From Octopus bimaculoides (Eukaryota), in assembly GCF_001194135.2 (NCBI RefSeq), contig NC_068992.1, forward strand, positions 48,542,168-48,598,988: DNA of 56,821 nucleotides, in the 5' to 3' direction. Below are positions 46,103 through 56,821 of the stretch, in pieces. The position numbers were made by a program, and so were the translations under genes. Position 1 is the stretch's first letter. Every line of letters starts with the position of its first letter. The notes beneath the pieces are model-generated. The model made no database searches. It was not told the DNA's origin and was given only the letters and a program-made list of their open reading frames with translations.

Positions 46103-47091
46103 GTGTGTGTGAGAGAAAGAGGAAGAGAAAGAGACAGGGAGAGAAAGAGAGATAAAAAGAGAGAGAGGGAGGGAGAGAGTGTGTATCAGCCATAAGATTA
46201 AAGCGATCACATTTGTTGTTTGTTATACTTTTTTTTATTTTGCTTTATTACTGTTTTCTTCTCTGTTTTGAATAATTACACACAGGAATACGGTCAAACA
46301 AACAAACCAACGAACAAACGGCATATATAAAAGCATAAATACATATACGCGAACATAGATGTATGCTTGTATATATACACATATATATGTATGCATACAC
46401 ACATGCATAAGTATGTGTGTGTATATGTCTGATTTAGTATATATATATATATATATNNNNNNNNNNNNNNNNNNNNNNNNNNNNNNNNNNNNNNNNNNNN
46501 NNNNNNNNNNNNNNNNNNNNNNNNNNNNNNNNNNNNNNNNNNNNNNNNNNNNNNNNNNNNNNNNNNNNNNNNNNNNNNNNNNNNNNNNNNNNNNNNNNNN
46601 NNNNNNNNNNNNNNNNNNNNNNNNNNNNNNNNNNNNNNNNNNNNNNNNNNNNNNNNNNNNNNNNNNNNNNNNNNNNNNNNNNNNNNNNNNNNNNNNNNNN
46701 NNNNNNNNNNNNNNNNNNNNNNNNNNNNNNNNNNNNNNNNNNNNNNNNNNNNNNNNNNNNNNNNNNNNNNNNNNNNNNNNNNNNNNNNNNNNNNNNNNNN
46801 NNNNNNNNNNNNNNNNNNNNNNNNNNNNNNNNNNNNNNNNNNNNNNNNNNNNNNNNNNNNNNNNNNNNNNNNNNNNNNNNNNNNNNNNNNNNNNNNNNNN
46901 NNNNNNNNNNNNNNNNNNNNNNNNNNNNNNNNNNNNNNNNNNNNNNNNNNNNNNNNNNNNNNNNNNNNNNNNNNNNNNNNNNNNNNNNNNNNNNNNNNNN
47001 NNNNNNNNNNNNNNNNNNNNNNNNNNNNNNNNNNNNNNNNNNNNNNNNNNNNNNNNNNNNNNNNNNNNNNNNNNNNNNNNNNNNNNNNNNN

Positions 47092-47169
<78 letters not shown>

Positions 47170-47534
47170 TACTCACATACACATGTGTATGCATCTACGT
47201 ATGTATATACATATATATGTATATATGTATATATATATAAACACACACACACGCGCTGCCCCCTCTCTCTCTATCTCCCATTCTCTTTCTCCATACCTTC
47301 ACTCCATACCTTCCATTACACTCACCCCCCCCACGTTCTCACTCCTGCTTAAATCCTGAAAAGATGCCATGATTGATGATTGCCGGACGCAGTTATTTTT
47401 TTTTTAATCCAAACACAACACAAAAACATAACAAATTCAACAAAATACACGAACACAATGGAAACACAACAAAATAGAACACCAATCTGACAGATAAATC
47501 TATATACTAATTAAATACAGACTCATGCTCAATT

Positions 47535-47625
47535 CTATAGCGAGGCACTTTGAGAATGTGTCTTTTACCGAAGTCTTAGGTCGACCAAGATCTTCTAAGT
47601 GAAATTTGGTAAATAGAAACCATGT
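47535..47625 (+). mobile_element. Old SINE family A, CORE-region fragment
   Basis: ggcactttgagaatgtgtctttta...ggtcgaccaagatctt..agtgaaatttggtaaatagaaac. Confidence 0.55.
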
Positions 47626-48710
47626 AGGGACTGGTTCTGTTCTTTAACGTTTAAATTCATTTATAACTTGGTTCAATATTACCGTTTGGCTCTTGTTATG
47701 TTTAGCGAAGTTCAATTCGTATGGCCTGTCTTGTGATAAATAACTTTCCTCAATATCAGTTTTACAACACGTCATGAGATCTGCTCTTCCATGTTTTTTT
47801 TTTTGTATTTTTTTGGGGCAATAAGGAAATATTAAATATATACAATTTTGTATAATTGATAGCTCAGCTTATAATATCTGAACGTGGCACCATCACTATT
47901 TCGTAACACCTCGTCCCTGAATACAATAGTTAATGTCTCATCAAACGTTGAAATAGCTCTGTAGATGTTTCGATTCCTGCTACCGCGACGCCAGTGCTGC
48001 TCGAGGTCAACCATCGATGTGTGAAACAACACTTCTACACAATGACATAGCTATGTTGAGTCACAGTCTTTGCCTTCTTCAACGCTCGTAATTTCGGATT
48101 CTTCTCAAAGCTTCGGGTAATATTTACAAATATCTGTAACTTTATCTAAACTATATCTTCACCGATAACGATTCATAGGAAAAGTAGGGTTTTTTTTTTT
48201 AATTTGCAGTTGCTGTTATTCTTTAACCCCAGGCGAGCCCTTATCGAGACCATAAATGATTAAAGGTGTTCGGGCTATGTCAACACAAACTTTTTGTGTA
48301 TCAAGAAAAATCAATCATTATTAGATGGAGCTTATTCTTTCTTTCCTTAACTTTTTTTTTTTTAGGCAGAGAAATAATTAAATATCAGAATTGGAGAGGA
48401 CGTGTGCTTATTTCCAGGTGGCTCTCGGACCGCGAAGTCATGTCGCAACATCCACCGTCTCATTTTCGGACACTATATTCGTCATTGCACTTGAACAAGT
48501 AGAGTACTCGACATTTTCTCACTGCTCCCTCCGTCTATTTGTGGGAATTGTATAAAATACTACAATCGCTTTAATATCATTACCATGCCAGTAACCTGTA
48601 CCGAAGCTGTGGCTTCTTTAACAGAACTGTAGGCGGTACCATTTGTGGCTTCATGCAGGACACACATACACATACACACACATATCTATGTATATGTGTG
48701 TATATATGTG

Positions 48711-48808
<98 letters not shown>

Positions 48809-49315
48809 CATACATATACATAAATACATACATATGCATATGTATACATGTACACACGCATACACACACACATATATACATACATATATATGTATGTGTG
48901 ATTGAGAAAGCAAATTCTAAACACCAGTTAAAACAAGAACTGAGTTATGCTGTGACATTATATGTGAGACTTCAAACATAAATCATTCTCTTAATAGAGT
49001 ATCTTTATTACCTGATTATAAAGAAGCGACCGGAAATCAATTGGCTGTCACTGTTTTCAAACATATATCTAATATATCATTGGGCTCAAATACTTAATTA
49101 ATTGCAGAATTAAACAGTGATTGTTTAAAGAAGAAATTTCCATGAATTAAATGTAAAAAATAGATTTTCAATTCATTGTAATGTAGACAATCAAATTATA
49201 CATATATAAAAAAGCGAACTGCAAAAAATAGTATTTGTTTTGGTTTCGTTTCTTTCCTATTAAAAACTGACATATGTATAATTCTGAATGTGTTCATATG
49301 CATATATGTATGAAG

Positions 49316-49399
<84 letters not shown>

Positions 49400-49441
49400 G
49401 AGAGAAAAGCAGACAGACAAACAGAGACAGAGAGAGAGGAC

Positions 49442-49480
<39 letters not shown>

Positions 49481-49789
49481 CATACATACATACCTACATA
49501 CATACATACATACATACATACATACATACATACATACATACATGCATACATATGCACATATATAGTTTGGCATGGTTTCTACAACTGGATGCTCTTCCTA
49601 TCGCCAACCAGTTTACATTGTGTTCTTAGTGCTATTTTCAGGCCACCAGAATTACTGAGGTCACTATGCAGCTTGCAAAACTACTAACCCTGACAAGGTT
49701 GGGGTGAGTATTCTTTCAAGCTGCGTGGCAACGTCAATAGTTCTAACAGCATGAAATAAGGGGCCCAGTATACATTGTAAATTGGTTGG

Positions 49790-49930
49790 GATTCGGAAGA
49801 ACATGAAGTCGAAGAATCGAAGCCAAAGCAGACATTGGAGCAAGAGGCAGTCCTTTTAGCTATCGGATTCTATCGAACTACGAAGCCCCAGCCAGTTTTG
49901 AAAGCGGGCGTTAAATGATGATGATGACGA
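49790..49930 (+). mobile_element. Degenerate retroposon 3' tail ending in (ATG)n; a short opposite-strand piece of similar sequence lies at ~49566-49610
   Basis: aagcagacattggagc...gcagtcc...gaaagcgggcgttaaatgatgatgatgacg. Family assignment is from memory only. Confidence 0.45.
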
Positions 49931-49941
49931 AGACATATATA

Positions 49942-50148
49942 GAGCATCGGGCTTACAATTGTGAGATTGAGAGTTCGATTCCCAGAGCGGTTTGTGTGTT
50001 GTGTTCTTGAGCAAGACACTTTATGTCACATTGTTCCAGTTCACTCAGCTGTAGAAATGAGTTGCGACGTCACTGGTGCCAAGCTGTAGCAGCCCCTTTG
50101 CGTTTCCTTTGGACGACATCGGTGACGTGGAGAGGGTGTCTGAAGGGG
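49942..50148 (+). mobile_element. tRNA-derived SINE: truncated head + CORE-like domain + start of tail Y
   Basis: B box gagttcgattccc. CORE-like gtgttcttgagcaagacactttatgtcacattgttccagttcactcagctgtagaaatgag, followed by tail Y shared with 26546-26715. Confidence 0.85.
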
Positions 50149-50679
50149 ATCTTAATATATATATACACATGTAATTGTGTGTGTGTGTATTTTCACTTAA
50201 CGTTTTCCTGCTGTTACCACCGCCAAGAATAACAATACGATAACAACAACAACAACNNNNNNNNNNNNNNNNNNNNNNNNNNNNNNNNNNNNNNNNNNNN
50301 NNNNNNNNNNNNNNNNNNNNNNNNNNNNNNNNNNNNNNNNNNNNNNNNNNNNNNNNNNNNNNNNNNNNNNNNNNNNNNNNNNNNNNNNNNNNNNNNNNNN
50401 NNNNNNNNNNNNNNNNNNNNNNNNNNNNNNNNNNNNNNNNNNNNNNNNNNNNNNNNNNNNNNNNNNNNNNNNNNNNNNNNNNNNNNNNNNNNNNNNNNNN
50501 NNNNNNNNNNNNNNNNNNNNNNNNNNNNNNNNNNNNNNNNNNNNNNNNNNNNNNNNNNNNNNNNNNNNNNNNNNNNNNNNNNNNNNNNNNNNNNNNNNNN
50601 NNNNNNNNNNNNNNNNNNNNNNNNNNNNNNNNNNNNNNNNNNNNNNNNNNNNNNNNNNNNNNNNNNNNNNNNNNNNNNN

Positions 50680-50780
<101 letters not shown>

Positions 50781-51301
50781 GAGCGATAAGGCAGTATCGA
50801 CCGTAAAGTCCTTATTAAAAACCATCACAGTTTCTATCGGCGTAACCCAGCGATGTTTGTCGAAGAAGTAAATATGATAAAACCAACACCTCGTATAATT
50901 AACACACTCGTTGATGATATGGCCAATAGACATTTCTAGATGGAAAACGGGAAGAAAAAAAATTAAGAACTAGAATGAACAAAAGAGAAGAAAACACTAT
51001 TCAATAGAGAAATATTGCAACACAATAGAAAAGCTAAATGATGCAAAATTATCTCCACGAAATTTCATGGCGAAATATCTAGATAATGTTTATACTCATG
51101 CACACGCACCTTCATACATACACACACACAAACGCGCATGCACACACACACGGAAAACACACATGCACAGGCACACACACATCCAAACGCACACACACTC
51201 ACAGACGCGCACACGCCCGCCCGCATGCACAGAGGCATGCAGACAGGCACCAATATATATATATATATGTGTGTATATATGTGTGTGTTTGTATGTATAT
51301 G

Positions 51302-51388
<87 letters not shown>

Positions 51389-51455
51389 NNNNNNNNNNTC
51401 ATTTATCGCACAACATTTATCACAAAAGATTGATGTTAAAACATTTATCATGAAA

Positions 51456-51529
<74 letters not shown>

Positions 51530-51985
51530 CATAAGTGAAACGTCAGCCATAAAACATTTATTATAAAAACATTTATTAATGCTTAACAATTTAGTCTGTC
51601 ACCTACTCTCGAAAAATATATTTTCGTTGGAAGCTTAATTTTACAAACTGGCTTGATAGGAATTTAGGCGATATCATTTTGTAATTCTGTAATAAGGCAC
51701 GCTTTGGCATTGCGTCACTCCTAGTACTCAGTATTCGGTAATACACCAGTATTGCAACTACGTCCCTGAGAAGTTGCTTCTGGATCCTGCAACGTTGATT
51801 TTGATATTAGTTTTCTATGTGTTTAGAATTGCCGTATTCTTGGCAACGACGTAAACATCCATGAAAATACGTTCTTTTGTCTATTTGTGATTCTTTTTTC
51901 TTTTCATCCTGGTTGTTTATCAAATATAGCTTCAAAATGGCTGCCGGCAAATACATATGTATAAGAGTACATAAATACACCCATA

Positions 51986-52018
<33 letters not shown>

Positions 52019-52405
52019 NNNNNNNNNNNNNNNNNNNNNNNNNNNNNNNNNNNNNNNNNNNNNNNNNNNNNNNNNNNNNNNNNNNNNNNNNNNNNNNNNN
52101 NNNNNNNNNNNNNNNNNNNNNNNNNNNNNNNNNNNNNNNNNNNNNNNNNNNNNNNNNNNNNNNNNNNNNNNNNNNNNNNNNNNNNNNNNNNNNNNNNNNN
52201 NNNNNNNNNNNNNNNNNNNNNNNNNNNNNNNNNNNNNNNNNNNNNNNNNNNNNNNNNNNNNNNNNNNNNNNNNNNNNNNNNNNNNNNNNNNNNNNNNNNN
52301 NNNNNNNNNNNNNNNNNNNAATAAAAAGTTTAGGTAGGTATAACAATGCTCTTTAGAACAAAAAAATGGACTATATACCTGTTGTAACTTGGTAAACTAT
52401 AGTCC

Positions 52406-52441
52406 GATAATATTTCGGAATTAGAATTCCTTCTTCAGATC
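52406..52441 (-). ncRNA. Minimal type I hammerhead ribozyme motif with intact core
   Basis: The minus strand reads GAT-CTGAAGA-a-GGAAT tcta ATTCC-GAAATAT-T-ATC. Helix I is gat/atc, the CUGANGA core is complete with an extra A, helix II is a perfect 5 bp, helix III is the palindrome AATATT, and the triplet is AUU. Confidence 0.75.
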
Positions 52442-53429
52442 TTATTTGCTGGAGTCTCTGCTATAAACATATATGTATTATGTATGTATGTATGTATAGA
52501 TGTGCACATGTATGTATGCATTTGTATATATGCAGCTGTATTAATTCAGCTGTTCTACATAAATATATATTAATTCATATCGCTATAAACTTTCCCTTAT
52601 TGAGCTCTTTATTAGATTGTGCATAAAAAATATGTCGCTGCTGTATTTTGTGTTGCATTCATTTTTACAGCCCAATTCATGTGTTAAATCTATACCTTAG
52701 TTTGCATTGCGAGTTTCGATAACCTCGTTTGAGTCAGATTTTTTTTCTTTTTTTGTATTTCGACCGGAGAAGTATCTGCTTGTGTTTTAACGTAATTGTT
52801 CCCCGCTTTCAATTACACAGTTGTATCCCTGTATATTATGTTTAATTTATATATATACGTCTTCAATTGTTTCCAATTCAGTTATTTTAGACAAAAACTT
52901 TTATATATATTTAGGATAACATGAGGACGGATGTTGACAGCGTATGTTTCTATACCCCACACCAGAGTTCACTTGCAATTTTTCTCAGAATTCTTTGTAA
53001 TTTTCTTTCTTACATTTGATAGGGAGAATCATTCCCAAAATATTATATGATCATTAAACAAACTTACTCATGATTTAATTAAATAATGATGCAATACTTT
53101 GAAGTAGATTTTCATATACAGTAGATTTCTATAATGAGCAAATCAGTGTGGTTGTAAAGTGTTGTCAAATAGTGTACTTTCATGTGTAAGTAAAAATAAT
53201 GCTCGAAGAAAATATAATAATGCTGGGAGAAAGAGCAACAACATCAAAAATAAGAAGAACAAGAATATAAATAGTGGAGTTGTTTCGCCTACGTCAAAGT
53301 AATTTCTAAGTAATATACATACTGTGTGGGTGTGTTTGTGTGTGTATGTGTGTGTGTGTGTGTACTTATATAATACATTATCTCGTGGAAGTTTATATTG
53401 ACGTTATTTATATTTTAGACATTCATTTC

Positions 53430-53880
53430 TGTAGGGCCTAGAGGAATAGGCAGTGCTCATGGCAATTGTAGGATCTCTCTAAGATTTCGATGTTGCTAAC
53501 GTTTTGCTTAGACTGGTGGAAAGAAACCGATGTGCAAAGAGTGAGTTCCATAATACCAATATGTTGAAGAGAAATAAACGGAGTATAATGCTTAACCATG
53601 GACTTGAGTGGTCGGTTATCACAGCATGGTGATAACTGAAGAAAAAATGAATGAATGGAGATTACTTATGTGGAGACAGAATACAAATAGCGTCTGAGAA
53701 TCATTGATCTTCATAGTAGCGGTAGAGAAGTCAGAGAAATGAGACAACACGTCCGTGGATCAGAAGCTGGAGTTTGATCGTAAAGGATTTGATTCCAAAC
53801 TGCGAGGCAACTTTTCTCTGGATCTCTGCATGTCAGTAGCACAAGAGTTCACCCCACCTCCACTGTAATTTGAAACCTGG
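53430..53880 (-). mobile_element. CR1-type LINE ORF2 C-terminal remnant
   Basis: Minus-strand EIQRKVASQFGIKSFTIKLQLLIHGRVVSFL*LLYRYYED (cf. IQRKA.....LQPL.HRR.VSSL.LFYRYY) and LWNSL (cf. LWNSLP). Confidence 0.72.
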
Positions 53881-53883
53881 TTT

Positions 53884-54335
53884 CAGGCATTAGCAAACGG
53901 GTATCTAAACACTCAGTTAAAATGGAGACATTTAAGAGGACTGCCCCAACCCACCCACTACAACGATGTTTTTGCTTGGAGTGGATTTTCTGAGACACTC
54001 ACGTATGTCAACGGACCCCAAACCCCATCTCCTCCTACCAAGACAATTAGGAAAAGGAAAATAATCTGATATAACCCTCCATTACCAATTTCTGCCAACT
54101 TAGCCAAGGGCTTCCTGTCGTTAATAAAGAAATTATTCCCCAGAGGCTATAAATATTAGAATCTCTTCAATCCCCATAATGTCAAGGTAAGCTACTCTTA
54201 CTTAGGCAACATCGCATCTCAAATCGCACGCATCAACAGACGTAAAAACGCACCCACACATCCCCAACCCCAAACAGCAAAAACTGAAACCCTACCACCT
54301 GCTCAAAGTTCTTACATACATCCACGCCTGAACCT
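53884..54335 (+). mobile_element. Penelope-like (Poseidon-type) element remnant: RT-thumb to GIY-YIG linker
   Basis: SKRVSKHS...FKRTAP, a frameshift, then YNDVFAWSGFSETLTY...RKRKII*YNPPLPISANLAKGFLSLIKKLFPRGYKY*NLFNPHNVKVSYSYLGNIASQIARINRRK. This matches the RKRKIIWFNPP...FL.LI.KHFP...K.FN...VKVSYSC..N pattern. Confidence 0.85.
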
Positions 54336-54459
54336 ATATATATANNNNNNNNNNNNNNNNNNNNNNNNNNNNNNNNNNNNNNNNNNNNNNNNNNNNNNNN
54401 NNNNNNNNNNNNNNNNNNNNNNNNNNNNNNNNNNNNNNNNNNNNNNNNNNNNNNNNNNN

Positions 54460-54499
<40 letters not shown>

Positions 54500-54727
54500 A
54501 TGATTTTGTGAAATTCGCACAACGCCATAAATTCGACACCAGTAGAATATTTGATTGCAAGACAATCTTAACCAAGTTAATCTCATCAATAATTGAAATC
54601 AAAACTTGAAGATTGTGAACACATACAGCAAAATACTTTGACTAACTTGTTGAGAATTCTACCACCACACAAATATTTTACTGTTGAGAGAATAATTATT
54701 TGTTACCCCACCATCACCAGAAGCTAA

Positions 54728-54866
54728 GTGGTATGTATTTTATAAACTACGGACGAACAAAAGTGAAGATTTACTCAAGCGGAGTGTGAACTCAGAAGTT
54801 AGACGAAGTAAAATACTGTACCACGCTTAATCTGTCTGTATGTCGATTAGTCTGCCAGCTTAACCA
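54728..54866 (-). mobile_element. Very old SINE family B head fragment
   Basis: gtggtatgtattttat...gcggagtgtgaactcagaag...aaaatactg...gattagtctgccagctta follows family B order. Confidence 0.5.
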
Positions 54867-56250
54867 AAACATTGCTCCTTCTCCTCCTAAATATAGTATA
54901 TGAGCAATAAAACACATTTCATAGAGAAAATAGCTTTCCTCCTTTGATTCTTCGATTTTTTGGTATTTGTGTTTTGTGTATGTGCTTGATGTGCTTCGTA
55001 GATTTTTGTGTTTTTTTTTTCTACATTAAAAAAAATTGTAGCTTAATTTAGCGTCAGTTGATGAAGAAATGATTTCAAGTTAATAACAATCACGCCATCT
55101 ACTTTGTACTATTTGCCGATAATCTTGCTGTAGGAATTAAATATACCCAACGTTGATTTCTTTCCTATGCAATGCTACTGACGTAAATGCGATTATGCCG
55201 TGAAGTGTCCACGAATTAAAGCCTTTCACGTTGTTGGCAATTCGCTAAAGACTAGTGCAGTTGTTGATGAACTTGTTGTTTTTGTTAATGTAATCGTTGG
55301 TGTTGTTCCCCTGCTGCTCTAGCTTCTTCTTCTTCTTCTTCTTCTTCTTCTTCTTCTTCTTCTTCTTCTTCTTCTTCTTCTTCTTCTTCTTCTTCTTCTT
55401 CTTCTTCTTCTTCTTCCACCTATTGCTATTATAATTAGTATTATTGGTGTTGTTGCCATTANNNNNNNNNNNNNNNNNNNNNNNNNNNNNNNNNNNNNNN
55501 NNNNNNNNNNNNNNNNNNNNNNNNNNNNNNNNNNNNNNNNNNNNNNNNNNNNNNNNNNNNNNNNNNNNNNNNNNNNNNNNNNNNNNNNNNNNNNNNNNNN
55601 NNNNNNNNNNNNNNNNNNNNNNNNNNNNNNNNNNNNNNNNNNNNNNNNNNNNNNNNNNNNNNNNNNNNNNNNNNNNNNNNNNNNNNNNNNNNNNNNNNNN
55701 NNNNNNNNNNNNNNNNNNNNNNNNNNNNNNNNNNNNNNNNNNNNNNNNNNNNNNNNNNNNNNNNNNNNNNNNNNNNNNNNNNNNNNNNNNNNNNNNNNNN
55801 NNNNNNNNNNNNNNNNNNNNNNNNNNNNNNNNNNNNNNNNNNNNNNNNNNNNNNNNNNNNNNNNNNNNNNNNNNNNNNNNNNNNNNNNNNNNNNNNNNNN
55901 NNNNNNNNNNNNNNNNNNNNNNNNNNNNNNNNNNNNNNNNNNNNNNNNNNNNNNNNNNNNNNNNNNNNNNNNNNNNNNNNNNNNNNNNNNNNNNNNNNNN
56001 NNNNNNNNNNNNNNNNNNNNNNNNNNNNNNNNNNNNNNNNNNNNCCCAGTACACACACATACGCTTACAGGGAGAGACATGCATGCATACATACATGACA
56101 TTCAATGCAAATAAGTACACACAAAGTACGTCTTTAAACGACAATGCATTTTGTAATTCTAAATCAAATGAAAGATTAAAATCATAATTTTAAGAGTAAC
56201 AACGAATTAGATTTCTTTTTTCCTCTGAGTTACTGTTGTTCTTGTTTGTA

Positions 56251-56287
<37 letters not shown>

Positions 56288-56288
56288 T

Positions 56289-56330
<42 letters not shown>

Positions 56331-56753
56331 GTTATAATTTATAATTCCTTTTTTTTTTTTTTGTTCGTTTGGCGGCTTTGCATGATTTTTATTATCTTTC
56401 ATTATTATAGTTATTATCATCATTACTGTTGTTGTTGTTGTTGTTGTTGTTGTTATTGTTGTTTTTGTTCTTGTTGCTATTGCTAGTTGCAACGTTGTTA
56501 CTCGTTTTTGTTTAGTCTTTGTGTTTCCTTTTGTGTGTGTGTGCGTTCGTGTGTGGGTGTGTGTGTCCTTTCTACCTTTTCTTTCCATCTGATAATTATT
56601 AGAGATTTGATGAAATAAAATCTTTAAATTTATTTTACTTTTTATTTTAAAACACTAGACAAACCCTCACACTCTCTCCTTCACAAACACAAGCACACAT
56701 ACATATGTACACACGCACATATATATGTATATATACATATATACAGATATATT

Positions 56754-56821
<68 letters not shown>

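Noticed and set aside
47832-48032. 66-aa minus-strand ORF in non-repetitive sequence, and similar short ORFs at 38636-38851 and 11972-12163
   Set aside because: No domain match; lengths are within chance expectation. 11972-12163 is the antisense of a mariner relic.

Overview
Eukaryotic, AT-rich, microsatellite-saturated non-coding DNA, either intronic or intergenic. The repeat families resemble those I recall from octopus genomes; that species call is an inference, not a database result. It looks like a short-read assembly, with 21 N-gaps (~6.4 kb) mostly flanked by simple repeats. I cannot support any intact host gene: nearly every ORF in the track is a microsatellite or N artefact. The recognisable content is a transposon graveyard. 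It holds several tRNA-derived SINE families with shuffled head/core/tail modules, two Dong/R4-type LINE families at (TAA)n tracts, and remnants of L1-Tx1, RTE, CR1 and Penelope-like elements. There are also three mariner copies (one with both TIRs), a Tigger/pogo remnant, a possible solo LTR and a two-finger C2H2 fragment. The most interesting signals are two sequence-divergent but architecturally identical minimal type I hammerhead ribozyme motifs (34460-34505 +, 52406-52441 -), modular SINE mosaicism with a conserved GTCGA-N5-TCGAC hairpin, a TSD-flanked SINE dimer, and strand-polarised sharing of (TAA)n tracts by Dong LINEs and SINEs. All alignments were made by eye, so boundaries are approximate.
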